Shown: positions 9,207 through 18,677 of the stretch, in pieces
Position numbering within the stretch: position 1 is the stretch's first letter
Layout of the letters: each line of letters starts with the position of its first letter
From: an uncultured Gammaproteobacteria bacterium
GTDB lineage: Bacteria > Patescibacteriota > Microgenomatia > UBA10105 > UBA927
NCBI GenBank assembly: GCA_964445435.1
Contig: CAYUKU010000001.1
Coordinates: 183,751 to 247,750, forward strand
Reading direction: 5' to 3'
DNA: 64,000 nucleotides
Program-made: the position numbers and the translations under genes
Notes under the pieces: model-generated
The model's input: only the letters and a program-made list of their open reading frames with translations
Databases searched by the model: none
Told to the model about the DNA's origin: nothing

Positions 9207-9982
9207 AGTTTGGTAAGTGTGCCGATGTGTTTGGCGACACGGGAAGCAATGGCGACAAGCACGCTCCCCGCGAAAAGATACACGATGCTCAGAAGAAGCG
9301 CGTTTAGCTGGCCTTGAGTGAAAATTTGGGAACCGGGAGAGTATTGCCGAATTGCCTCAAAAACGTAGGAGGAGGGCGTCAAAAACGACATGGCGTACAG
9401 CGGTTGAGGGAGTGCTGCGCGATTATAAAAGACGAGTGAGACGATCTGGACGACGGTGCTAAGCATCCAGCCCGAAAAGCTTGCACGTTCTCCGAACAAA
9501 AAAACTAATGCTATAGCAACAAGCGAGAGGGAGACGCCAAAGAGTTCAAGTTGAAAGACCCACAGAAGCGCATGAAAACCAAGCGTTGAGAAAAAAGCGG
9601 GAAACACAGCGCGTAAAATAAGCATTAGCGCGACAAGAGACAGTATAATTTTTGTCATGGATGCTGCGGTAGTGGCGAGGATGAGTTGTCCAAGCGATAT
9701 GGGCGCAAGAAGCAAATTTTGTATGTTTTTGGACGTAACGTCGTCGATAAACTGAGCCACGGATTCCTGGATAATGCGGGCAGTACAGTTCCAGTAGACA
9801 ATGCCGGTAAGGATAACGAGCGTGATGTTTGTGGCTTGTGAGGAGCCGGCCGCTTCAGAGGAAGCAAGAAGGCCGAACAAGAGCGCCTCAAAAGATGGCC
9901 ATATAAGAATTTCAATGATTCTCGCAGGGTTGCGTCGCATTGAGTAGAGGTAGTGGATATAGAGTCCCTTCAGGCGTCTCAT
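9203..9982 (-). CDS. ABC-2 type transporter permease
   Basis: About six TM segments, NLLLAPISL, LPQPL..MS.L.PSSYVFEAIR; adjacent to an ABC ATPase. Confidence 0.8.
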   Translation of the reverse strand: MRRLKGLYIHYLYSMRRNPARIIEILIWPSFEALLFGLLASSEAAGSSQATNITLVILTGIVYWNCTARIIQESVAQFIDDVTSKNIQNLLLAPISLGQLILATTAASMTKIILSLVALMLILRAVFPAFFSTLGFHALLWVFQLELFGVSLSLVAIALVFLFGERASFSGWMLSTVVQIVSLVFYNRAALPQPLYAMSFLTPSSYVFEAIRQYSPGSQIFTQGQLNALLLSIVYLFAGSVLVAIASRVAKHIGTLTKL

Positions 9983-9987
9983 ATGAG

Positions 9988-10674
9988 CTATGTACGGAAA
10001 AATTTTCGTGCTGCCGATTCGGTTATGGGTCTGCCGTCATATACGATGGATCCCTGATTGAGGATAATCATTCGCGAGCACATAGATCCGATTTCTTCGA
10101 GATTTTGGGAGATTAGAAGGGTTGCTTTGTTTTTTGTATTGCGCTTGATGAGATATCGTCGTACACGCTGCGCAAGTGCGGGATCCATATGAGCGGTAAT
10201 TTCATCGAGGAAGAGAATTTTGGGATTATTGAGAAGGGCTTTTGATAAATTGACAAAAGAGTTTTCACCTGACGAAAGCCGGTAAACCTTTTTTTGAAGA
10301 ATGGCATCAGGCATTTGGAGGTCCGTCCAGAGCGTTGTGATAAATGCTTGCCAACGGTCAACTTCGTATAAATCCGCGTACGTTGCGAGATTTTCCCAGA
10401 CACTCGCGTAACCGCTCAAACGTTGACTTGAAGATGCGTAATTCATGCTTCTGGCGATTCTGCGTCTGGCTGTTTCTTCCACGGGTACCCCGAAAAACGA
10501 AAGCGTGCCGGAGTCAGGCGAAAGAAGCCCCGTTGCGATATGGAAAAGTGTGGACTTTCCCGCGCCAACCGGTCCGGTAATCCCGACGATTTCTCCTGCG
10601 CCAACGAAAAGTGATAGATTTGATACAATACGTTTTCCGCCGAGCGTTTTGTCTATGGAAGCAATGGTTAGCAT
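9988..10674 (-). CDS. ABC transporter ATP-binding protein
   Basis: Walker A GPVGAGKST, signature LSSGE, Walker B ILFLDE. Confidence 0.92.
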   Translation of the reverse strand: MLTIASIDKTLGGKRIVSNLSLFVGAGEIVGITGPVGAGKSTLFHIATGLLSPDSGTLSFFGVPVEETARRRIARSMNYASSSQRLSGYASVWENLATYADLYEVDRWQAFITTLWTDLQMPDAILQKKVYRLSSGENSFVNLSKALLNNPKILFLDEITAHMDPALAQRVRRYLIKRNTKNKATLLISQNLEEIGSMCSRMIILNQGSIVYDGRPITESAARKFFRT

Positions 10675-12037
10675 GAAAGAAAGATTCGCAAGTATCGATA
10701 GATTATATCTGAGACGGTATTATGCGGCAATAATATTTGCCACAATCATTATAACGACCCTTTTGTCGGTTCTGTTTGTATTTACGCTCCCCGATCCGCT
10801 TCGACCCAAGACGAGTATCGGGTTTATGAATCTCCTGATGCTTGCGGGCTTTGCAATCGCATTTCTGATGCGAGGCGGACGCATGGTCTTATTCACTCCC
10901 GCGCGTTGGGGAACCCTTCACTATGCGATCACGCTGTATTTCATTGCGGTAATGGCGTCTCTTATCGCGGCGTCAACGATATACGATAGCACCCCCTTTC
11001 GTCTGCTTTCATCGGGAGTTTTGCTCTTTTGGCTCTCTCAGGAAATACAACCCACGAAAAGTCAAAAGCTTTTCTTCGTGCACGTATTGGGGGGAACAGC
11101 CGTTGTTGTGGCGATTTTGAGCTTGCTTCAGATGGTTTTTCCCTTCCTTATGAATAGCTTTGCCGAGAAATATTTATTGGGACGTGCGGCGTATGGGATA
11201 ACGATAGAATTTCAACGCGGACGGCTGCTTCATTGGGGGGCTTTGCTTTTTATTTTTCCTTTCTTCTATTCTTCTACGCTTCTTCTTAGATGGCGATCCA
11301 GCATTTGGGTAACCCTGTATGTTGTGTTGGGATACCTTTCCATTCTGGCATCTTTGGTTATTGCGAATTTCCGTTGGACGTTTTTGGTATTTGTCATAAC
11401 TTCCTTTATGTATATCCTCCATGCGAAACGATTTTCACTTCTTTCAAGCCGGAAGCTAGCATATGTATTGTCACTGGTTACGGTAGCCACAGTTGTCGGA
11501 TTGGTTTCGGCTCGCCTTGTGCTTGGGTATAACTTGCTTGACCGATTTCTACTTCGAAACGCACATCGGGATATACAGGAAACCGCCGGGAGAATTACGC
11601 TGTACAGTCAGGCAATAACAGCGTTTCAGGCGTATCCCCTGTTGGGCGTAGGATATGGGAATTATTATTCCGTTGTGTGGCCGTTTCCTCACATGCAGTA
11701 TTTTTCAATATTCGATCAGTTTGAGCCGATTCCCGTGCCGATTGCCTCACATAATGAGTTTTATACCGTGCTCTCAGAGACCGGCATATTCGGATTTGTG
11801 TTTTTCCTTCTCATGGTGTATTTCATAGGAAAAAATATTTATTTGCCACTTTTCCGAAGTCGTTTAACCCGAGTGGATACGTTGTTGACACTCAGCATAT
11901 GGATTTCTTTCTTCGCGATTTTTTTGTATGTCTGGTTTGAGAATATTTATCCGCAGAACATTGCATATATACTCCTTCTGGGAGGGATTATGGCCCGCTG
12001 GGTAGCGTGGTCACATTCGTATGAACGGACGTCGTAG
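10673..12037 (+). CDS. O-antigen ligase-family membrane protein (start uncertain)
   Basis: Many TM helices; GRITLY..A..AF...PLLGVGYGNY; SHNEFYTVLSETGIFG. The track start at 10445 overlaps the ABC ATPase and is unlikely. Confidence 0.78.
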   Translation: MKERFASIDRLYLRRYYAAIIFATIIITTLLSVLFVFTLPDPLRPKTSIGFMNLLMLAGFAIAFLMRGGRMVLFTPARWGTLHYAITLYFIAVMASLIAASTIYDSTPFRLLSSGVLLFWLSQEIQPTKSQKLFFVHVLGGTAVVVAILSLLQMVFPFLMNSFAEKYLLGRAAYGITIEFQRGRLLHWGALLFIFPFFYSSTLLLRWRSSIWVTLYVVLGYLSILASLVIANFRWTFLVFVITSFMYILHAKRFSLLSSRKLAYVLSLVTVATVVGLVSARLVLGYNLLDRFLLRNAHRDIQETAGRITLYSQAITAFQAYPLLGVGYGNYYSVVWPFPHMQYFSIFDQFEPIPVPIASHNEFYTVLSETGIFGFVFFLLMVYFIGKNIYLPLFRSRLTRVDTLLTLSIWISFFAIFLYVWFENIYPQNIAYILLLGGIMARWVAWSHSYERTS

Positions 12038-12986
12038 CGTGAGCGTGCATGTGGTTACGTTCAACAACGAATCGACAATTCGCGCATGTATTACGTCAGT
12101 GCGAAAGCAATCGCTTCGGGACATAACGATCCTCGTCGTGGATAACGCATCCTCCGATCGGACATGTCAGATTGTTCAATCCATGGGGGTGCCGCTTATT
12201 AAGAATGCAAAGAATCTTGGATACGCGGTAGCGCACAATATGGCAATATCCCGGACGCAAAGCACCTATGTATTAACACTGAATCCGGACGTCGTGTTGG
12301 AGAGGGACTTTTTGAGGCATATGACGGACGCGCTCGACGATAATCCCCGCGTGGGATCTGCGGCCGGACTTCTGTATCGCGTTGATCGTCTTGATGATTT
12401 CCCCGCCGTTGTAGATGGAGCCGGACTTTTCATACGAAGAAATAGGCGGCAAGGATTGCGGGAAGAAGGGCGGTTAGCTGATAGCGTCCCGCGACGGCCC
12501 GTTTCGATATTCGGTCCGGATGGAGCCGCGGCCTTTTACAGAAGAGCGATGCTTGAGGATATTCGTTTAGCCGATGAGTATTTCGATGAGGACTTCTTCA
12601 TGCACAAGGAAGATGTCGACGTGTGTTGGCGTGCGCGTCTGCGCGGATGGAACGCTTTGTTTGTTCCGCAGGCTACGGCAAAACACATCCGAACATTCAG
12701 AGCGGGACAAAGGGCGCGTGTCCCCGATGAACTGAAAGCGATGGCGGTCAGAAATCGATACCTTCTCATGATAAAGAATGAAAGTCCGGCGCTTTTCCTT
12801 CGAGACATCATCCCTATTGTGTTCTATGACATGGGAATAATGCTCTATATCCTCCTTAAGGAGCGCCGGTCGCTTGTTGCATACAGACAGGTGGTTGGCA
12901 TGGCACAAACGATGCTAAGCAAACGAAAACGGATTTACACTAGAAAAAAAGTTGCAGATACAACAATGGGCAGGTGGTTTATATAA
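12021..12986 (+). CDS. GT2-family glycosyltransferase
   Basis: VVDNASSD, NLGYA.AHN, LNPDV, FDEDFFMHKEDVDVCWR. Confidence 0.92.
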   Translation: MNGRRSVSVHVVTFNNESTIRACITSVRKQSLRDITILVVDNASSDRTCQIVQSMGVPLIKNAKNLGYAVAHNMAISRTQSTYVLTLNPDVVLERDFLRHMTDALDDNPRVGSAAGLLYRVDRLDDFPAVVDGAGLFIRRNRRQGLREEGRLADSVPRRPVSIFGPDGAAAFYRRAMLEDIRLADEYFDEDFFMHKEDVDVCWRARLRGWNALFVPQATAKHIRTFRAGQRARVPDELKAMAVRNRYLLMIKNESPALFLRDIIPIVFYDMGIMLYILLKERRSLVAYRQVVGMAQTMLSKRKRIYTRKKVADTTMGRWFI

Positions 12987-12990
12987 ACGC

Positions 12991-13983
12991 ATGGTATACG
13001 TTGGCATTGTTTCATTTAATACACTTTCTGACCTTCCGGATTGCATCGCGGCGGTAAAACGGCAATCCCACAAAGACATTCGGATTATCGTTTTTGATAA
13101 CAACTCATCAGACGGGAGCATAATGTGGCTGAGGAGACAACGAGGGGTTACCGTTATCGAGAACTCTGAAAATATCGGTTTCGGAAGGGCCCATAACGCG
13201 ATTATCAACTCCGTGCGTCTCGGCAGAAACGATTACTATCTGGCGCTGAATCCGGACGTCAGACTTGGGCGTCGATATGTGGCTGAGCTCATTGCCATCT
13301 GCCGGACGAAGAAAGCCGATTGGGCAACAGGCAAACTCTATAAAGATGCTGCGCGTAAGGTTTTGTACAGCGTCGGCCACGGGCTTCTGCGAGACGGATA
13401 TGCAGTGAACATCGGATACGATATGCCGGATGCGGCTTATTGGAATCAAGCACGAGAAGTTTTCGGGGCTCCCGGGGCCTCTCCGCTCTATTCTGCGAAA
13501 CTAATGAAGGCGGTTTCGGACCGTGGAAGTTTTTTTGATCCCCATATGTTTATGTATTATGAGGATGTTGACGTGGATTGGCGGGCAAGACTTCTGGGGT
13601 TTCGCTGTTGGTACAATCCGCGCGCCGTTGCTTATCACCCAGGGGGAGGTTTTCGAAAAGCGCTTGAGATAGAAGCTCTCGTAAACCGATATAGGAGCGT
13701 CCTAAAAAATGCTTTTCCCCGCGATATCGTCCAATACAATATTCCGTATATTTTGGGACATATTTTTTTCCGTTTTTGCTTTTCTCCCCCAACTGGGTGG
13801 CGCTTGGCAAAAAAAGTATTCCCTCTGCTTGTAGGCCTACAGAAAGACAGGACGCGGAAAACAGTTTCAAGGCAATATATGCACGACTGGTTCGCTTGGT
13901 CGAATCACCAACGAAGCGGACAGCCCAACGATCTGTCCGGCAGATTCCGGACATTTCTCAAACAAGGCCTGGGCGCCAATTAA
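12991..13983 (+). CDS. GT2-family glycosyltransferase
   Basis: DNNSSDGS, NIGFGRAHN, LNPDV, FDPHMFMYYEDVDVDWR; ATG at 12991 just after the upstream stop. Confidence 0.9.
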   Translation: MVYVGIVSFNTLSDLPDCIAAVKRQSHKDIRIIVFDNNSSDGSIMWLRRQRGVTVIENSENIGFGRAHNAIINSVRLGRNDYYLALNPDVRLGRRYVAELIAICRTKKADWATGKLYKDAARKVLYSVGHGLLRDGYAVNIGYDMPDAAYWNQAREVFGAPGASPLYSAKLMKAVSDRGSFFDPHMFMYYEDVDVDWRARLLGFRCWYNPRAVAYHPGGGFRKALEIEALVNRYRSVLKNAFPRDIVQYNIPYILGHIFFRFCFSPPTGWRLAKKVFPLLVGLQKDRTRKTVSRQYMHDWFAWSNHQRSGQPNDLSGRFRTFLKQGLGAN

Positions 13984-14990
13984 GGCAGAGTTTTGAGATT
14001 GCAGGGTATGAGCTTTTGTTCCGTCAGATAATTGTACATATAGTTTGCGTATTCTCTGTGTCCGAGAGCGTTCGGGTGTCCGTCTGGATGCATGTTACCC
14101 GACGCAGAGATATCCGGAATTTTGAAGGTGACAAACGTATTTGGTCTTTCTAATGCGTGGACTTTGATTCGCGCTTTGTATTCAGATCCGATATTCGGAA
14201 GCACCATAAATATAAGCGTCCCACTGTAAGAAGCGGTAAATTCCTGCAAAATGAGGCGTTCCTGCTCCAAAATTTGCGTCGGAGAGTATTTGGCCATGAT
14301 TTCTTTGGTCGCTTTCGTCCACTCTGGCGAATAGTCTCCGGCTTTTTTAGCGACATGCTTTTCTTCTTCCGACATGGTGCGTTCAAGTTTGGCGATTACT
14401 GGAAGCGCAAGTTCGTTTATGCGGTCGCCAAGAAGGAACCATATAACCAAATCCGGCTGATATTTCACTCCCCGCTTGAGAAAGCGTTCTGAGGAGTATT
14501 GCATGTCATATCCGTATACGCCGAGATTAATGACCTCTATACGAGTTTGATCCTCGCATGATTTGCTGAACATATCTTCCAGTTGTTCGGGCCAGTTATC
14601 GGCGGTGTTAACAAACTGCCCGAACGTAAACGAATCTCCGAGTGTAATAATTCGAAATGTCGTAGGTGGTTTTTCCACGTCGTAATCAAACCTCTCATTT
14701 AACGAGTCTTTGTTGAGAGTGTATTTCGCATCATCCAGGAGCCACTCCGCTCTCTCTGTTTGCACCGTGTCGGCTGCCGGCTCATAGAAATACTTCAATT
14801 TAGAGCCCTGGGGAAATATGAGGAAATTCTTGTTTATCCGCGTAACAGGCACAGATTCACCGAGGAATTTTTCCGTTCGTCTCTTTATGATTAACGCATA
14901 TCCGACGAGTCCGAATATGCAAATTTCCGTGATAAGGACGCAAAGAGCAATGATCTTCGTGATCGGAGAGAGCACGGTATGATGATTCAT
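13980..14990 (-). CDS. Membrane-anchored SGNH/GDSL hydrolase-family protein
   Basis: RIITLGDSFTFG, EVINLGV.GY, C-terminal DGHPNALGH. Confidence 0.85.
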   Translation of the reverse strand: MNHHTVLSPITKIIALCVLITEICIFGLVGYALIIKRRTEKFLGESVPVTRINKNFLIFPQGSKLKYFYEPAADTVQTERAEWLLDDAKYTLNKDSLNERFDYDVEKPPTTFRIITLGDSFTFGQFVNTADNWPEQLEDMFSKSCEDQTRIEVINLGVYGYDMQYSSERFLKRGVKYQPDLVIWFLLGDRINELALPVIAKLERTMSEEEKHVAKKAGDYSPEWTKATKEIMAKYSPTQILEQERLILQEFTASYSGTLIFMVLPNIGSEYKARIKVHALERPNTFVTFKIPDISASGNMHPDGHPNALGHREYANYMYNYLTEQKLIPCNLKTLP

Positions 14991-15721
14991 GGCTTCATAT
15001 ATCTCTTGAAAAGATACCGCGGAATTTCAAGGAGATAGCGTTTCCATAGCCGTTTCGGTTCGATATATAAACGAAATGCCCATTCGAGTCCGGCGTGCTG
15101 AATCCATTGCGGTGCCTGAGGCGTACTGCCCGTAATGATATCAAAAGCAGCGCCGACACAGAGAATTGTCGTTTTGGGAAAATAGCGTTTCCACCTGGCG
15201 GCAGTGAGCACTTGTTTAGGGGAACTGAGTCCAATCCACAGGCAGTCTGGTTGAGAGCGCTGAATGCGAGATACATACATCTTTTCTTCCTCTGCGGTGA
15301 GTTCCCGGTATGGAGGAGAGATGGTTACCGGTGTCCGTCGGCATCCGGATTCGCGCGCAAAGCTCGAGAGCTCTTGAAGAGTCTGAGGAGAGGAGCCATA
15401 AAACGTATGACGGACTTGTTGGACTTGAGGTGTTTTGAGGAGTTCTCTCATGACATCAGGCCCGTATATCCGCTCTGTTTTCGTCCCCCGAGCGCGTATT
15501 GCCCAGACAATCGGTATTCCGTCGGGAAGAAACATGTCTACCTGCCGGTACGCGCGAGCGATTTGTTTATTTTTTGCCGCTTGGGCAAGGTCATGGAGCG
15601 AACACGGTAAAACAATGTGGGTTTTCTCTTTTGCGACGATGATAGTGGTCAGGAGTCGTGTTATTTCAGAGAGGGACCCGGTCGTAAATGAGAAAGTATC
15701 GATAGATATGTTGTCGTCCAT
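14987..15721 (-). CDS. WecB/TagA/CpsF (GT26) glycosyltransferase
   Basis: PDGIPIVW, RIYGPD, WIGLSSPKQ, VGAAFD, GLEWAFRL..EPKRLWKRYL. Confidence 0.92.
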   Translation of the reverse strand: MDDNISIDTFSFTTGSLSEITRLLTTIIVAKEKTHIVLPCSLHDLAQAAKNKQIARAYRQVDMFLPDGIPIVWAIRARGTKTERIYGPDVMRELLKTPQVQQVRHTFYGSSPQTLQELSSFARESGCRRTPVTISPPYRELTAEEEKMYVSRIQRSQPDCLWIGLSSPKQVLTAARWKRYFPKTTILCVGAAFDIITGSTPQAPQWIQHAGLEWAFRLYIEPKRLWKRYLLEIPRYLFKRYMKP

Positions 15722-17272
15722 TTAAGGCTCCAGTCGCCAGAGCATATACGGTTTTTCTACGTAGAGCAAGCGTGCGTTCCAAAGTTCTGTATTTTTTTGC
15801 GCCGCGCGCATCCACTCATTGCACGTTTCCAGAGACGCATCCGGTGCAAGCATCCGAAAATCGCATATGATATAGAAAAAGGAAGGATTTGTTGTCAAGG
15901 GGACGAAATTTGTCCCTTCATGTATTATTCTGACGAGAGTTTTTCCATACAGCTGTTCAAGCGTGAAATATATACTCCCTGTCGGCCACGGATTAAGCGG
16001 TCGTTGTCTGTCAGCACGTAAAAACGCGAGTTCAAATTCAGCTTTCCTATCTTTCGCGTCACGGTATATGATCTCTGCAAGGGTCCTCGTCCGGTTATAG
16101 AACGATACGGCGGGCGTCATTTTGCGTTCACGGTAATAGGATTTGTAAGAAAAAAATACAAGGAACCCCGCCATCGCAATGCATCCCACCGCTTTGTGCC
16201 ATTTCCACAAAGCTGTAAGCCCAGCGGTACTAATAATAATCCCCAAAGGAAGAATGCTTATAAGATACGAAGGTACGAGTATGCCCCGGTACATCATTCC
16301 CAATGACACGGCACCCAGGCATAAAAGAAGTATCCAGGAGTACGGGAGACGTTTGTCCGGATGATGTTTTTGAATGGTGAGGTAGCCCGCTGCGGCAAGA
16401 GCGAAAAACAACATGCTGTTAAATACGGTTGTTTTATCAGTTTCCCACAGGAGCTCGTTGAATATGGCAAATGCAAAGTCGGGCCGTTGTTGCATGAGCG
16501 TTTCGACGGCAGTAAGTTGAAAGAATGTGATTTGGTCAAACGGGATTTGCCGGTAGGTGAGTAGAAGCCAGATTTCAAGACACACAATGCCTAAAATTAT
16601 CGGAATCACAAGGAATAGTTTGTTCTCGTAGCGGGGATACAGTTTTATCCATGCAGCAATAACCCAAAGGAAACTAAAAGGGACAACAAGTATAATCGCA
16701 TAGTGAAGATGAAGCCCGAGGAACAAAAGAAAGATAACAAGGCTGATGGTTGTGAGTGATTGGCGCGCTCCCGTCATGAGTACGGCGATTCCAGACACGA
16801 TAAGAGCCAAAAGATACGGAACATGAACTTGGCGGCTTATGAAAATGAGTTCAGGATGGATAGCGGCAAAAAAAGCTCCAAGAAGCCCGGCTTTCCAGCC
16901 GAAAAGATTTGCGGTTGCCCTATATATGAAAACGATCACGCTTGACATAAGCACCATCCAGAGGATGGCAGTGCCAAACACTGATCGTGTGAAAAACCAA
17001 AAAACAGCAAGGAGCCAGAAGTACACAGGCGAGTTGAGAATATATCCCTTTCCTCCTGATGCGAATGGGCCACGCATGATAAGTTCTCTTTGTTCAACTA
17101 CATGACGAGCTACGAGCATGTCACGGCTTTCATCATATCCCTGCTGTAGCCAGAGATAGTTCTCAAGATAACTGAACCGAAGAAGGATGCCTGCGAACAC
17201 AATTATGCCCAAGAGTACGCGGCGCTTATGAAGAAGAGCGCTGCCGATGATCGTGCGTGCCGAAAAGAGCAT
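15722..17272 (-). CDS. ArnT/PMT-like (GT-C) membrane glycosyltransferase
   Basis: LRF...YDESRD, GP...SPVYFWLL, about 12 TM segments, P.LIFISR. Confidence 0.7.
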   Translation of the reverse strand: MLFSARTIIGSALLHKRRVLLGIIVFAGILLRFSYLENYLWLQQGYDESRDMLVARHVVEQRELIMRGPFASGGKGYILNSPVYFWLLAVFWFFTRSVFGTAILWMVLMSSVIVFIYRATANLFGWKAGLLGAFFAAIHPELIFISRQVHVPYLLALIVSGIAVLMTGARQSLTTISLVIFLLFLGLHLHYAIILVVPFSFLWVIAAWIKLYPRYENKLFLVIPIILGIVCLEIWLLLTYRQIPFDQITFFQLTAVETLMQQRPDFAFAIFNELLWETDKTTVFNSMLFFALAAAGYLTIQKHHPDKRLPYSWILLLCLGAVSLGMMYRGILVPSYLISILPLGIIISTAGLTALWKWHKAVGCIAMAGFLVFFSYKSYYRERKMTPAVSFYNRTRTLAEIIYRDAKDRKAEFELAFLRADRQRPLNPWPTGSIYFTLEQLYGKTLVRIIHEGTNFVPLTTNPSFFYIICDFRMLAPDASLETCNEWMRAAQKNTELWNARLLYVEKPYMLWRLEP

Positions 17273-17309
17273 ATTCTAAGTATCGTAGATCAACAAAAGA
17301 AAGCAAGGG

Positions 17310-18640
17310 TTAAGGTTCGGGTGAGGAAAATATGTTGAGGGCGTTACGTTGCGCGTATGTGTAGATTTCCTCCGCTTTCATTTCCGCCGAAGGATCGCTA
17401 ATAGGAAAGCCGGTTAGACTGTTGCATGTTAAAACTGATCCGTGCTCCCTGAAGCAGGATGTCCAGGCCCGGAGCGATTCCTTATGGGTTGCCGCAATGT
17501 TGATGTACTCTGGTGACACCAGGAGTTCATTCCACGCCAGAAGACCGAGAAAGACGAAGAGGCCAAGGCGATGCCATCGTCCTGGTGAGGCGCGCATGGC
17601 AAAATAGAGTGCAAGAAAGCCCGGCAGGAGAAACAAGACATAGCGTCCGGCGCGGGCCGCCTCAACGCCTAGACATGTCCGTCCGATAGCGCTGCCAGTG
17701 GTAAAAAGTACTGTCGTGCCGAGAAGCAAAAACTGCAGATGAATAAAGGATTGACTGGTCGCACGGGATTGAAATATACGCCATGCGTAATAGAAAAAAA
17801 GTAGTGTAAGTGCGCCCCAGAAAAATGCTCCCAATGCGACGCTCCCACCGGGAAGAGCACCTTCCCGAAATGAAAAGAAGTTCGCAAAGACCGATCCTAT
17901 AAATTGATGATACATTCGCCAGTCCCCTGCCGGATTTACCGGACAGGAAACAGCAGTATCAAGCGTGTAACGGTAAAAGAATAATAGAAAGCCGCCCACG
18001 AGCATGGTAAGTCCGATAATGTCATCTGTGTCTGCGTTTCCCTTATTGTGACGTAGCACGCTTCGTGCAAGAAGCAGTATTCCGATGAGTATCGCTGTCA
18101 AAGCGCCGAATCCGCTAAACAGCAACAAAACCCCTATGATCGAAATGGCGACATATCGTCCTCACCAGGTACTTATCAATAGATGGGCAGCGATACAAGA
18201 GAGAAAAAAAGGGAGGACGCCATACGATACATTTGGTACGACAGTGAATAGTTCGTACTGTTTCAAGGAAAAAACAGAAGCGGAAGAGAGAGATCAACGA
18301 CATGCCAGGCGCCAAAAAGTCGACGTATCAGCAGAAGGAATCCTATACAGGTGACCGAAAAAAGTCCTGCGTTAAGAAGAGCTTCCGTGCGCACGTCCCA
18401 GTCGCTTAGTGATGCGGTAAGGTATGTCAGAATATATCCTATTCCCTGTCGGTGTGGGCCGTGCTGATAAAAAAATAGTTGTGTGAGCGATGGGTTGTCA
18501 ATGAACGGTCGATACAGTTCGAGTTGGTCGGCATAGAGCGCCTCTCCCGAGTATGTTGAGACGAAAGAAAAAAATCTGATACATAAAACAGCAACTCCTA
18601 TGCCGAGAAACGCTACGGTAATGATGTTTGATCTTTTCAT
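17310..18640 (-). pseudogene. Disrupted polytopic membrane protein (GT-C-like): frameshift plus in-frame stop
   Basis: The 18640 ORF ends LLFFP* after a T6 run (A6 at 18269-18274). Shifting frame gives LKQYELFTVVPNVSYGVLP...STW*GRYVAISIIGVLLLFSGFG, continuous with the 17310..18128 ORF except for TGA at 18162-18164. Confidence 0.75.
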
Positions 18641-18677
18641 CCTGCGAAAACGATAGATATATATGTATAGTAAGAAT

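Noticed and set aside
10445-10672. N-terminal extension of the 530-aa ligase ORF (likewise the track starts at 22212, 22525, 24317, 37734 and 61107)
   Set aside because: These extensions overlap divergent genes, promoters or the T-box; downstream starts fit better.
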